The notes: a model not told the origin generated them from the letters alone. A stretch of DNA of 33,401 bases from an uncultured Bifidobacterium sp. (GCA_964609875.1 CAZSUF010000001.1:17923-51323); one strand, 5' to 3'. Shown: positions 7,626 through 18,126, numbered from the stretch's first letter. A program made the numbers and translations.

Positions 7626-10100
7626 TTAATCTTTCAAAATTTTGTTCAACATATATTCATGGGAAGGTGAACTTAATTTAATAAGATAAATTCCTTTGGC
7701 CCAATTTTTCGAAGCTATGGTAATCGTCTGATGTTTTGCTAGATTAAATGCTTCTTGGTAGATTGGTCTTCCTGCAATATCATATACAATTACTTGGAAG
7801 TCTTTTTCAGAGGCCATGTTTATAGAAGCTTCAATATGTATGACTTCATTACAAGGATTTGGGAAAATTTTAAATTGGTTAGCCAAACTAGTTTCAGGAA
7901 TTGGTGTGCATAATTTTATTTGAACGGCTAAAGTATCTATATCAAAGCAATTCGTGTTGAGGGATTGTTTTACACTCACAGAGCCTAAGCCTGAGTTCCC
8001 CCAAAGGATAGCGCAAGAATTGCTGGAGCTAGTACATCCATTTACGGCAGTTCCACCAGTAATTGTCCATTGATAACTAGCTGATGGAATAGAAGGAACT
8101 GTATATAAAAATTGAGAGTTATCGCATACTGTATTAAGACCTGTGAGTATGGTTGAGGGTTGTTGAATCACTACAAATTCTTGAGCAGTTTCGCATCCGT
8201 AGATAGACTTTACAGTTGCAGTGTAATTTCCGATAGGTGGTGCAGGAAAGAAGGAGGTGGCTGGGCCTGGGATAAAATTATAGGTGTACTGATTTCCCAT
8301 AAAAATATCAATGGGAGATCCACTGCATAGCTGTGTTTGACTAAGAGGTAATGGTGGAAAAACAGTATTCCCTAGTAATTTTTGATCCATCCAATTTAAT
8401 CTAAACAAGGCGATGTTTTCTAATTCATCTGGTTCAGCCCAATAATTTTGCCACCTCGCTACATTTCGCTGCAAGGAATTTCGCATATATAAATATGTTG
8501 AATCAATAAAGGTGGTAAAATTTGAATCAGACAGGGCGTTTTGTCTATAAGTAGCATATCTACATTGTAATCGTTTTTCAAATAAGCTATCAGTTCTTAG
8601 CTTAGACCACCAGAAAGGAAATTCCCAATAACCATGTGTTTTGATATGTACCCAATTTGTATCATACACATAACCTCGATCACTATCCCAAGGTGGTGCA
8701 AAATGAATTTTATTACCATCAGTACTTTTTTCTTTATACAAGTAAGTACTTCTTCCATAGGTATCATAGTTAGTGCTATACTCGCTTACGATAAGGAAGT
8801 CAATGACTGAATTTTCATTCACAAATTTGCGCCATCCACTTACGGGATTTTGAAAGTTGGCTCCATAGAGTACATTTTCAAAACTATCTACAAAACTATG
8901 AATATAATTCAACTGACTGGGATGTATAATATTTAATTTCGGATAGACCATTTTAAACTCAATATTTCCACCTAGGTTTATTCCTTGATAGCCTTGATAA
9001 TTTGAATACCATGCCGCTGGTGCACCATTCGGATTAATTTCAAAAATATACCCGCCAGTAAGTTCTGCGCCATTTGTATCGGTAGGATTTAGTTTAGCAA
9101 TATCCACCCGATTACTATCTCGCTTTATCTTTTCCATTAAAATATATAATCCTGCATAATCACCATTCACTATAATCTCTACATATCTAGTTCTGGGGGC
9201 ATAAAATCCCATGCGATTACTCATCTCAAAAGTTAGAGGATCTTTCATCATAAATTCATCAGTATAACAAGATTTTAAAATAAAGTCACTTTCCTTGGGC
9301 AGACCAAACAAACTCATCGCAGAATCATTTCCAAGCACTGTTTGAATTTCGAAATCATAATTAGGTTTATCTCCGCCTGAACTAGTATAACCTTGTTTTT
9401 CTATGCCTACATGAATTTCAAAATTTGGAAAAGGTGCACTAAAGCTATTCGTTTGATTCCATCCATTATCAAATACTTGAATTGTTCCTGGTGTTTTAGG
9501 TTCGTTGGGCACATAGCCAATAGGGGTATTTATTTTGAGAATAGGCAAAGTAGAACCTGCGCTATCTAATGCATCTTGAATAGGATTATTGATAAAATTC
9601 AATTGCCAATTGAGTAATACACCAACTATTCCATTCACTACGTTATCGATATAATGTAATTTCCAAACACCATTTGGATTTTGTCCATCATACAAGCTAC
9701 GCATATTGTCGTAAGGCATATAGCTTTTATTGAAAGGCGTATTGGCATATCGAATAGATTCATTTGCATATAATCTAAATTTGGCATTTGAAAAGTTACC
9801 TCCATTGCCATTGTTTTTGCATAGTTTGAAATAAGTGCCTGCTGGAGATTCTAATGCAAGATCTACATTATTGGTTTGACTATGATTTAAATTCAATGTA
9901 ACTTCAAATAATCCATAATTATTATCTTGGATATTTGGTAGCCCACTAGTTACAATAAAAAAAGTTTGATTACTCCCTTCAAGTAAAGTCTGATTTACAT
10001 TTGAATTAAAAGTTTGGGCTTGAAGTTTAGAAAAATGAATAATTGAAACTATCAAGATTATCATGCACTTTTTGATATTAGCAAAACTTCGTGGTTGCAT
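7626..10100 (-). CDS. Secreted CotH kinase-fold protein with an N-terminal proprotein-convertase P-domain-like module, two Ig-like modules and a T9SS type-A C-terminal sorting domain
   Basis: Signal peptide ...HFSKLQAQ. P-domain-like segment VDLALESPAGTYFKL...NPNGVWKLHYID...LLNWQLNF. CotH core RTRYVEIIVNGDYAGLYILMEKIKRDSNR...FAPPWDSDRGY. CTD FKIFPNPCNEVIHIEA...GIYLIKL. Confidence 0.8.
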   Translation of the reverse strand: MQPRSFANIKKCMIILIVSIIHFSKLQAQTFNSNVNQTLLEGSNQTFFIVTSGLPNIQDNNYGLFEVTLNLNHSQTNNVDLALESPAGTYFKLCKNNGNGGNFSNAKFRLYANESIRYANTPFNKSYMPYDNMRSLYDGQNPNGVWKLHYIDNVVNGIVGVLLNWQLNFINNPIQDALDSAGSTLPILKINTPIGYVPNEPKTPGTIQVFDNGWNQTNSFSAPFPNFEIHVGIEKQGYTSSGGDKPNYDFEIQTVLGNDSAMSLFGLPKESDFILKSCYTDEFMMKDPLTFEMSNRMGFYAPRTRYVEIIVNGDYAGLYILMEKIKRDSNRVDIAKLNPTDTNGAELTGGYIFEINPNGAPAAWYSNYQGYQGINLGGNIEFKMVYPKLNIIHPSQLNYIHSFVDSFENVLYGANFQNPVSGWRKFVNENSVIDFLIVSEYSTNYDTYGRSTYLYKEKSTDGNKIHFAPPWDSDRGYVYDTNWVHIKTHGYWEFPFWWSKLRTDSLFEKRLQCRYATYRQNALSDSNFTTFIDSTYLYMRNSLQRNVARWQNYWAEPDELENIALFRLNWMDQKLLGNTVFPPLPLSQTQLCSGSPIDIFMGNQYTYNFIPGPATSFFPAPPIGNYTATVKSIYGCETAQEFVVIQQPSTILTGLNTVCDNSQFLYTVPSIPSASYQWTITGGTAVNGCTSSSNSCAILWGNSGLGSVSVKQSLNTNCFDIDTLAVQIKLCTPIPETSLANQFKIFPNPCNEVIHIEASINMASEKDFQVIVYDIAGRPIYQEAFNLAKHQTITIASKNWAKGIYLIKLSSPSHEYMLNKILKD

Positions 10101-10148
10101 TGAAAGTGTTTTTTTAACTTCTGGGATTGCTAAAATTAATTGTAGTAT

Positions 10149-10628
10149 TTAAGTAAGGTCGTTCCCACTAAAACTAAATGGTAATAGATGCTTAGCTGTT
10201 TGAATGACCATCACCTCTCCTTGCATAGCTGAAAGAATTAAAGTAATTTCTTTTTTATTTCTGTCTTCACATTCGGAAATGAATTGCCTACACATACCAC
10301 AAGGGAATGCTGGCTTATTATTTTCACCACTCGGAGCCAAATAACTTATTGCGATGGCTAAAATTTCTTCATGAGGAAATTGCGAAATGGCAGAAGCTAG
10401 TGCGCTTCTTTCTGCACAAATACCTACTGGGTAAGAAGCATTTTCGATATTAATACCAGTAATGATTTGTTGATTGCTTAGCAAAACTGCTGCTCCTACT
10501 TTGAAGTTTGAATAAGGAGCATAAGCATTCTCTGTAATCTCTCTTGCTTTTTCTAAGAGTTTAGTATGTTTATCAGAAAGTTCATCTGCGTTTTGCAAAT
10601 GCTGATATTGAAATTGAAATGTAGCCAT
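10149..10628 (-). CDS. cdd: Cytidine deaminase
   Basis: Zinc-ligand motifs CAERSALASA and PCGMCRQF are present and the size is about 159 aa. The start is taken at MATFQF (ATG 10628) rather than the track start at 10649. Confidence 0.9.
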   Translation of the reverse strand: MATFQFQYQHLQNADELSDKHTKLLEKAREITENAYAPYSNFKVGAAVLLSNQQIITGINIENASYPVGICAERSALASAISQFPHEEILAIAISYLAPSGENNKPAFPCGMCRQFISECEDRNKKEITLILSAMQGEVMVIQTAKHLLPFSFSGNDLT

Positions 10629-10886
10629 AGTTAAATAACAAAAATACAAGAAAAGAAGGTGAATTGATAAATTATTATATCATTCGAAAATTGTGCTTGA
10701 ACCAACATTTTTGCTTTGACTTGCCCTAGCTGTAAAACTATAGTCCAAGTTCCATATTTCTATACATCAAACTTTGCTTAAACAAGGACTTGAAGGAAAG
10801 CGAGGTACATCAATATTTTGAATAATATTGGTCGATATGTTTATGTATTGACCGATTTTACTTTGTGTAAACAAAATAGTATATAA

Positions 10887-13800
10887 TTAAAAAATAGCTC
10901 TGACACTTGCCCTTCCTGTATGCACAGCTGCATTTGTTGCGGGTTTTCTACCTTCATATTCTATACTCATCTCAATACTTTTTGAGATACGTTTTTCGAA
11001 GCTAGCTTGCCATTGCCAGTTTTTTCCTACTTGAAATCCATCCAGCATCGTATAGCCTAATCCAGAATTAACCACACCATCATATTTGATTGAAGAGAAA
11101 GTTGATCGTAAATTAATAGATCCTGAACTAATAATATTGTATTTGATATCTGCATTGATGCTATGAATCACTGCTTTTTCTCCACCATAAAGAGGCGCAT
11201 TTTTTCTTACATCAAATTTGTAATTGCATTGAATTCTAAATTGATTTTTTTTAAAAAGATAAGTGAAGCCAGGATCAGTAGCCCAATACTCAATACGGAA
11301 AGTGCGACTTTCAAGAAATTGAGAGCTGAATATTTTTTTTCCATATTTTCCAGAAAGGCCCAAGGTAAATTGTTGTGTAAGATTATATCGACCTCTCAAC
11401 AGATGTTCATTGTTTTTTCGTGAATCTATGCCATAGTTCAATAAGGTTTTATTTGTATTGGTTGTTTGAATATAATCTAATCCCCATTGATTGCTAAAAC
11501 GATTCAGTATGATAGAATTAATCCAACTTGATGTATTATTGATGAGTAAACTGTCGTCAAGTACGCGCACGAATGGATTGTATTGGCTAAGACCTTGTTT
11601 GCCAATAAATCTATTGTTTAGTTGTATAGCTGATTGAATATAAAATATTGAAATTATTTTTTTAATACCATGCAATTGTGAAGTATTAAAAAATGTTTTC
11701 GGATTTAATGAGACTGTTTGATTGTAAATACCATATTTAGCTTTTACATATTGATTTGTTGGAGTTAATACTTTGATGAATTTTTTTTCATCTGGGAATA
11801 TGGCTAATTCAAATTCATTGAGTTGTTGCACATTGTCTTGGTTATAATCTCTCCATACATACAAGCCTTGTCCTATAGGAACTTCCACGTAGGCGTATTC
11901 ACGTTTGAGTTCTTGTCGTGATCCAAATTCGTACAATAAATTTCCAGCTAATAGCCCTTTCCAAAATGAAAAATCATATTCTATTCTTCCAAGTAAACTT
12001 TCATCCGGTTTGAGTGAAGTAAGAGTGGTATCTTGTATGCTCAAGATTCTATAAGCTGCAGTACCTCGGATTTGTTGGTTTTTTATTGATGAAATATTGG
12101 AGGATAAAGAAAAAGTATTCCCTAAGGTGGTAGGTTTAAATTCATTCTGAGAAGCGGCTCTGTCATGACGTAATGTATATTCAGCTTGAAAAGTATTAGC
12201 CGCTGAAGGGTTATTTTTTAGATATAGAGAGGTTGCATCAAAAGAGAAGGCACCTTTAGATAAGGTATCGGATTGGTTATCTCGAAGTATATTATGCTCA
12301 AGTAAAAATCTTGTGCCGAGGGTTAATTGATTAAGGGATTTAAATTTTTTCTCTAACTGAAAAAAGGGTCTATAAAAGGTACTTTTATTCAAAATAGATT
12401 CTTGTTTCATTAGATCATTTTTTAAAATGATTTGATAAGATTTGTATTGTCCATTGAATAAAATATTATGTTGAGTACCACGAAAAGAATTTCCTCGATA
12501 GTAAGTGGCAAATTTGTATCCTAGATTACCCTTGTCTTTAAGGTCTATTAGAAATGAAGCATCGCCTAAGTGCTCATTTTCTGATTTGTCTGTAGGATTG
12601 ATATTCCAATCTCTAGCGAATTCGACATTTCTAAATCTTTCGATAGCTTTAAATTTATCTTGAACAAATTCGTAATTTATTTTACTATAGAGTGAGAGTT
12701 TGTGCTTTTTATCTAGTGTGCGTTTTTCATCATATTGTAATTTACCTGCTAATCCAATATGATTTGGGTTGTCTATTTTGGAAAAAGTATTTGGATCATA
12801 ATCACTGAGAGCAATTTCTGCTTGAATATTTTTTGCACTATCAATTTTATACGTTGATCCTAAGGTAAACATTTGTTGTTTTTTGGGTGTGACTAAAACT
12901 ATCACTGGTTCGTACTCTCCTTGCCGTACTCCATTGTTAGGCGCTATCCATGCATATACTCTTCCATTAGCACTATTAATTGATTGACGATAATTTCCAT
13001 TCCCTAATCCCACATAAGAAAAACTTAATTCGTATTTAGCACTATCTGGATTCGTAGAATATACATACACGTTTGGATATAGAGTTCCTAGTACTAGGGT
13101 ATCTATTTTTTTGAATAAGATTTTGCCAACTTGAAAAGTATCTTGATATTTTACACTAGGATAAAAGGCTTGTTGAATGCTATCGCCAATGGTAGCCAAG
13201 AATCTTTTTTGTGTCGAATCTAAATCTTGTTGTACGGGTTGGTTTTTAGCATCTTGGTTAGAAAAAACATCCAGCCTGATTTGTAGTTTGGCATTGGGTT
13301 GCCAATCATGGTGCACATAAATTAGTGAATTGATATAATTACGATCTGAAAATTCGAACTCGACGACTACACGAAGATCCTTGGTAATAAGTCTTTTGGG
13401 CATGAAAGTAATTTCGGCTGTATTATAATCAATTACATAGTCTTGATCTTCTCCACGATTCATTTGTATGCCATCGATATACACTCTTTCTGTACCTGCT
13501 AGAATAACAAAATATTGTTCGCCATTTGGTCCAGTAAGTTTATAAGGTCCTTGATTTCCTTCAAGAGCTTTCAGTATATTTCGTACAAATTTTCCTTTTG
13601 CTAAGGATACACCTACAGCTGTATGTTGTTCCCCAACATGCCCAATATTATAGGAGCTCGAAATAAATCCTCCTTGAACTCTTTTGTAAAAATTCATAAA
13701 GTAAGATTGTGGTTTTTGTATATCATAATCGCCAGCAATCAGCATACTTTTTTTTCTTTTAAATTGGAGAAAGACTCTGTCGAATTCTTGAAGTTGCTGT

Positions 13801-14366
13801 GTATTTCCTTCTGGTTGAAAGGGAATGGTATTGTCGGTGATTGCCCCTGTAAGTTGAATACTATCTCCTAGGTTGCCTTCTAATTGTAAATTAAATTGGG
13901 AGTTAAGTACCACATCTTGACTATTTCCAAATGAAAGAGCTCTGCCAAAACTGCCAGCATAGTTTACATTACCAAAATCAATAAATGGTTGATTGCTTTG
14001 TGCTTGGGTACCATCGTAATAAAAAGGCCTAAGACTTAAATTAGTTTCCATGAATCTAATATCTTTATGATAATAGGGCGAAACAAGTAAAGAAGGAAAT
14101 ACTCGATACGAAACTTTAATACTATCTAGCAGTGGTTTTGTTTTCCAAAACAATATGGCTTTGCTCCAATCCAAGGTATATGAACTTGAATCGGCACCTT
14201 GAAGGATGAGTGAATTTGGTACTATACTAAGAGAATCAATTTGCAATGAATCGGTGTTAACCTGAATATATTTTTCGCGCAAGTTCGACAGATCAAATGT
14301 CTGGGAAAAAATTGGTCTACTTATGATGAAGCAACCTAATATGAAAATTATAAATTTTAGATTCAA
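10887..14366 (-). CDS. Large (1159 aa) predicted outer-membrane beta-barrel protein, family not recognised
   Basis: Signal peptide MNLKFIIFILGCFIISRPIFSQ. Long stretches show alternating hydrophobic/polar beta-strand patterns rich in Y/N/S/G. The C-terminal ...ASVRAIF ends in an aromatic residue, as in OMP beta-signals. Confidence 0.55.
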   Translation of the reverse strand: MNLKFIIFILGCFIISRPIFSQTFDLSNLREKYIQVNTDSLQIDSLSIVPNSLILQGADSSSYTLDWSKAILFWKTKPLLDSIKVSYRVFPSLLVSPYYHKDIRFMETNLSLRPFYYDGTQAQSNQPFIDFGNVNYAGSFGRALSFGNSQDVVLNSQFNLQLEGNLGDSIQLTGAITDNTIPFQPEGNTQQLQEFDRVFLQFKRKKSMLIAGDYDIQKPQSYFMNFYKRVQGGFISSSYNIGHVGEQHTAVGVSLAKGKFVRNILKALEGNQGPYKLTGPNGEQYFVILAGTERVYIDGIQMNRGEDQDYVIDYNTAEITFMPKRLITKDLRVVVEFEFSDRNYINSLIYVHHDWQPNAKLQIRLDVFSNQDAKNQPVQQDLDSTQKRFLATIGDSIQQAFYPSVKYQDTFQVGKILFKKIDTLVLGTLYPNVYVYSTNPDSAKYELSFSYVGLGNGNYRQSINSANGRVYAWIAPNNGVRQGEYEPVIVLVTPKKQQMFTLGSTYKIDSAKNIQAEIALSDYDPNTFSKIDNPNHIGLAGKLQYDEKRTLDKKHKLSLYSKINYEFVQDKFKAIERFRNVEFARDWNINPTDKSENEHLGDASFLIDLKDKGNLGYKFATYYRGNSFRGTQHNILFNGQYKSYQIILKNDLMKQESILNKSTFYRPFFQLEKKFKSLNQLTLGTRFLLEHNILRDNQSDTLSKGAFSFDATSLYLKNNPSAANTFQAEYTLRHDRAASQNEFKPTTLGNTFSLSSNISSIKNQQIRGTAAYRILSIQDTTLTSLKPDESLLGRIEYDFSFWKGLLAGNLLYEFGSRQELKREYAYVEVPIGQGLYVWRDYNQDNVQQLNEFELAIFPDEKKFIKVLTPTNQYVKAKYGIYNQTVSLNPKTFFNTSQLHGIKKIISIFYIQSAIQLNNRFIGKQGLSQYNPFVRVLDDSLLINNTSSWINSIILNRFSNQWGLDYIQTTNTNKTLLNYGIDSRKNNEHLLRGRYNLTQQFTLGLSGKYGKKIFSSQFLESRTFRIEYWATDPGFTYLFKKNQFRIQCNYKFDVRKNAPLYGGEKAVIHSINADIKYNIISSGSINLRSTFSSIKYDGVVNSGLGYTMLDGFQVGKNWQWQASFEKRISKSIEMSIEYEGRKPATNAAVHTGRASVRAIF

Positions 14367-14542
14367 ACTTAGATATATTGCGAATAACGCATAAAATTAA
14401 GTATTCTATACAGCATACACATGAATTATTTACCTTGATTCTTCTTAGTAATTAATATGGATTGTTTTGTGACCGATAAAAATCTTTGCCTAACCTCAAA
14501 TATTTTAGTATCATCTCAGTTAGGAGTATATTTATTTTTAAG

Positions 14543-15583
14543 ATGAAAAAACTGAAACAGCCCTATGTTATTGCCTTGCATGTATTGGCTTGTTTATTGT
14601 TTTTAATTGCACCTATATTTTTAGCTTCTCATTCTTTTCTTTCTCTTAAGGGGGTGCCCATGAGTTTTATCTTCAAAGATTTAATTCGTAATTCGATCAA
14701 TATTTTTTTCTTTTACTTAAACTATTTTTATCTTATTCCTGTTTTATATATTCCTAAAAAATTTATTACCTATTTATTAGTCTTGATAGTCTCCTTGTTG
14801 TTGATCACTTTTCTGCCCACTTTACTCGTTTTTCATCAATTTATTCCTGTTTTTCCTGGAGGCGGAGAAAGGCATTATCATGAAACATCGATCTTTGGTT
14901 CTATCATGTTAGAAATTAGGTTGGCATTATATATTTATATTTCGGTTGTTTTTGCTTCTATATTATTCAGGTTAAATTATCATCTTAAAAAATTACAAGC
15001 AGAAAAAATGAATTCTGAATTATCTTATTTAAAAGCTCAAATCAATCCTCATTTTTTGTTTAATACTTTGAATAGTATTTATTCACTTGCCATTGAAAAA
15101 TCACCCAATACGGCTCCTTCAATAATCAAATTGTCGAGCATGATGCGCTATGTCATTAGCGATACTTCACATAAGTATGTGTCACTTGAAAAGGAAATGA
15201 ATTATATCAAAAGCTATATTGAATTGCAAAAAATCAGGCTAGGGGATACTGCCAATGTAAATTTTTCATTTACCGGAGAAACTGAAAATAAAATGATAGC
15301 GCCTTTGGTATTGATTCCCTTTATAGAGAATGCATTCAAACATGGTGTAAATCCCGAAGAGCCGTCGCAAATTGATATACAAATAAGTTTCACAGATGCT
15401 TATATTTATTTGCACGTATTTAATTTAAAGGTGCCTCATATTCAAGACCCGAAAACTAAATCGGGTTATGGTTTGAAAAATGGAAGCGAACAACTAAATT
15501 TACTATATCCGAACAAGCATATATTAACGATTGAAGATAAAGAACATAGTTTTACAGTATCACTTAAAATTGACATATCATGA
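14543..15583 (+). CDS. LytS/YehU-type sensor histidine kinase (membrane 5TM-like N-terminus plus His_kinase/HATPase)
   Basis: AQINPHFLFNTLNSIYSLA (PF06580 signature). LIPFIENAFKHG (N-box). GYGLKN (G-box). Several N-terminal TM helices. ATG at 14543 is preferred over the TTG at 14486. Confidence 0.85.
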   Translation: MKKLKQPYVIALHVLACLLFLIAPIFLASHSFLSLKGVPMSFIFKDLIRNSINIFFFYLNYFYLIPVLYIPKKFITYLLVLIVSLLLITFLPTLLVFHQFIPVFPGGGERHYHETSIFGSIMLEIRLALYIYISVVFASILFRLNYHLKKLQAEKMNSELSYLKAQINPHFLFNTLNSIYSLAIEKSPNTAPSIIKLSSMMRYVISDTSHKYVSLEKEMNYIKSYIELQKIRLGDTANVNFSFTGETENKMIAPLVLIPFIENAFKHGVNPEEPSQIDIQISFTDAYIYLHVFNLKVPHIQDPKTKSGYGLKNGSEQLNLLYPNKHILTIEDKEHSFTVSLKIDIS

Positions 15584-16278
15584 TTAAAGCCATTGCCATA
15601 GACGACGAACCATTAGCCTTAAAAATTATTGAAAATTTTTGTAAGGATGCCCCAAATATTCAATTAGAAAAAACATTTTCTAAGCCAACGGATGCCTTAA
15701 AGCATATCAATAATTTCCCAGTCGATTTATTATTTTTAGATATACAAATGCCTTCTATTTCTGGTATTGATTTTTATAAAAATCTAAATCAAGATATGAT
15801 GGTAATCTTTACAACTGCCTATAGCGAATACGCAGTTGATGGTTTTAATTTAAATGCGATTGATTTTTTATTAAAGCCATTTACCATGGAGCGTTTTTTG
15901 CAAGCCGTCAATAAAGCAGAAGATTTCTATAGCTATGCACATTCTAAGGAAAATGTAAATAATCCCTATTTGTTTGTTCGAGCAGATTATAGTTTGGTGA
16001 AGATTAAAATCCAAGATATCATTTACATTGAAGGCCTAAACGACTATTTGAAATTTCATATTGAAAATCAAAAGCCTGTTGTTGCAAGAATGACCTTGAA
16101 GACTTTGCAGGAAAAATTACCTTCCAAAGATTTCGTGAGATCACATAGGTCTTATATTGTGCCTATACAACGAATTGTACAAATTAAAAATAAGAATATC
16201 TATCTTTCTCAAGATGGTAAAATGATAGAACTTCCAATTGGTAAGAGTTATGAAGAAGAATTAGCCAAGTTTTTCTAA
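15580..16278 (+). CDS. LytR/AlgR-family response regulator (REC plus LytTR DNA-binding domain)
   Basis: REC domain: IAIDDEPLA...DLLFLDIQMP...LLKPF. LytTR domain: FVRSHRSYIVPIQRI. There is a 4-nt ATGA overlap with the kinase gene. Confidence 0.9.
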   Translation: MIKAIAIDDEPLALKIIENFCKDAPNIQLEKTFSKPTDALKHINNFPVDLLFLDIQMPSISGIDFYKNLNQDMMVIFTTAYSEYAVDGFNLNAIDFLLKPFTMERFLQAVNKAEDFYSYAHSKENVNNPYLFVRADYSLVKIKIQDIIYIEGLNDYLKFHIENQKPVVARMTLKTLQEKLPSKDFVRSHRSYIVPIQRIVQIKNKNIYLSQDGKMIELPIGKSYEEELAKFF

Positions 16279-16300
16279 GAGAGTTACCCCACAAAAGAAA

Positions 16301-16329
16301 TATCTTATCTCAAAAATAGGTATATTATC
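16301..16329 (+). promoter_or_regulatory. Candidate LytTR box: two 9-bp imperfect direct repeats with a 20-bp period, upstream of the T9SS-cargo operon
   Basis: TATCTTATC (16301-16309) and TATATTATC (16321-16329), each followed by a CAAA-type tail. They lie in the 126-bp gap between the response regulator and the next gene. LytTR regulators typically bind 9-bp direct repeats about 21 bp apart. Confidence 0.25.
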
Positions 16330-16404
16330 AAATGGTTATTTTATTTTCGAGCAGAATTGTAAAGCTTGACTTTTACAGTTCAGCTTCAATTTAAAATACT
16401 CATT

Positions 16405-18087
16405 ATGATTAAAAAATTATTCAACCTATTTTTATGTTCAATAGCTCTTTGTGGTTCAATGAATGCACAAAGATATAATGGCTATACATTATATAGCATT
16501 CAAAATTCAAATGCAGCTACCTTACTCGATTCGAATCAAAATGTCTTTCATACTTGGTCTGGTTTGTCAGCCTCAACAGGTTATGCTTCTTATCTAATGC
16601 CAGGAGGTATTTTAGTTAGGGCAGCCAAAGGAGGCACTCCACCTTCAGGAGCACCAGGAGGTCCGATTTGCGGAAAGGTGCAAAAGCACGATTATGCAGG
16701 TGCACTAACATGGGATTATACGTATACTGGAACAGATTATGTTACCCATCATGATATTTGTCCCATGCCTAATGGCAATGTATTGGTTATAGCTTATGAA
16801 AGAAGAACAGCCGCTGAAGTTACAGCCGCCGGTGGAAATTCAGCCATTCAAATGTGGCCTGATAAAATTGTAGAAATTCAACCTACAGGTGCAACAACCG
16901 GAAACATCGTGTGGGAATGGAAGGCTTTCGATCATCTGATGCAGAATGTAGATGCTACTAAACCCAATTATGTGACAAGTTTAGTTAATAACCCACAACG
17001 ATTGAATATTAATTACAAGCAAACTTCTGATTGGTTGCATATGAACGGTCTAGATTATAACCCAATTTTAGATCAGATCGCTTGGAGCTCTCATAATTTG
17101 AATGAATGGTATATCATAGATCATAGTACCACTACTGCTGAAGCGGCTGGTAGCACAGGTGGAAATTCAGGTAAGGGAGGAGATATACTCTATCGATGGG
17201 GTAATCCTGCTGCTTATGGAGCAACGGGTACTGCTATTTTAAATGTAACTCATGATGCCCATTGGATCAAAGAAGGAATTCCGAATGCAGGACGATTGGT
17301 AGGATTTAATAATAAAGGTGTCTCTTCGAATATTTCTGCAGTAGACCAAATCATCACACCTATAAATGGCTATACCTATAATATTGCAGCAGGGCAAGCC
17401 TACGGACCAACAACTTATACAGAAAGAGATACATGTAATGGCTATACAAGTAATATGGGTAGTTCAGAGCAATTGCCTAATGGAAACATGCTAATTTGTA
17501 TTGCTACCTCAGGTAAGTTTTATGAAATTAATAGTGCAGGCACACAATTATGGACTAAAACTGTGACAGGTTCAACAGCACAAGTACATGCTTATGATAG
17601 TTGTTATTTATTTGGCACACCTCCCGCAATTCCTACAATTACTTTGAGTGGATCAAATTTAACTTCAAGCTCTGCTACCACATATCAATGGTATATGAAC
17701 GGGGTATTAATTTCAGGTGCAAATAGCATGAACTATACACCCACAGTAAGCGGTGTTTATGTAGTTCGAGTGACTAATGCGAGTGGTTGCGTTTACCAAT
17801 ACTCACCAGGATTTAAATACACCAAACCTAATGCTCTTCAAGAATATGATTTGACTCATTCAATTACGGTTTATCCTAATCCTGCAAATGATGTTTTATT
17901 TATTCAAGATAATATGAAGTTGGGACAACAATTTTTAGCAAGTATTTACAATAGTTATGGACAATTAGTGAAGAATAGCTATAATAAAAGAGAAATAGAT
18001 TTATCTTCATTGGCAAACGGATATTATACTTTAAACATCACTTCTCAACAAGGTACAGCTACCCAAAAATTTATCATTCAGAGATAA
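16405..18087 (+). CDS. Arylsulfotransferase (ASST)-like beta-propeller protein with an Ig-like module and a T9SS type-A sorting domain
   Basis: Signal peptide MIKKLFNLFLCSIALCGSMNAQ. GYTLYS...VTHHDICPMPNGNVLVIAYE...IVWEWKAFDHL is an ASST-like pattern. CTD ITVYPNPANDVLFIQ...GYYTLNI. ATG at 16405 is preferred over the track start at 16366. Confidence 0.7.
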   Translation: MIKKLFNLFLCSIALCGSMNAQRYNGYTLYSIQNSNAATLLDSNQNVFHTWSGLSASTGYASYLMPGGILVRAAKGGTPPSGAPGGPICGKVQKHDYAGALTWDYTYTGTDYVTHHDICPMPNGNVLVIAYERRTAAEVTAAGGNSAIQMWPDKIVEIQPTGATTGNIVWEWKAFDHLMQNVDATKPNYVTSLVNNPQRLNINYKQTSDWLHMNGLDYNPILDQIAWSSHNLNEWYIIDHSTTTAEAAGSTGGNSGKGGDILYRWGNPAAYGATGTAILNVTHDAHWIKEGIPNAGRLVGFNNKGVSSNISAVDQIITPINGYTYNIAAGQAYGPTTYTERDTCNGYTSNMGSSEQLPNGNMLICIATSGKFYEINSAGTQLWTKTVTGSTAQVHAYDSCYLFGTPPAIPTITLSGSNLTSSSATTYQWYMNGVLISGANSMNYTPTVSGVYVVRVTNASGCVYQYSPGFKYTKPNALQEYDLTHSITVYPNPANDVLFIQDNMKLGQQFLASIYNSYGQLVKNSYNKREIDLSSLANGYYTLNITSQQGTATQKFIIQR

Positions 18088-18126
18088 TTTTCATGCTGAC
18101 TAACTAATTCCTTAAACCTTCAAAAT

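Noticed and set aside
14486-14542. Upstream TTG, GTG or ATG starts used by the ORF track (14486, 16366, 19085, 10649)
   Set aside because: In each case a downstream ATG yields a canonical signal peptide or TM start, or a family-typical N-terminus. The 19085 start would also overlap the preceding gene by 38 nt.
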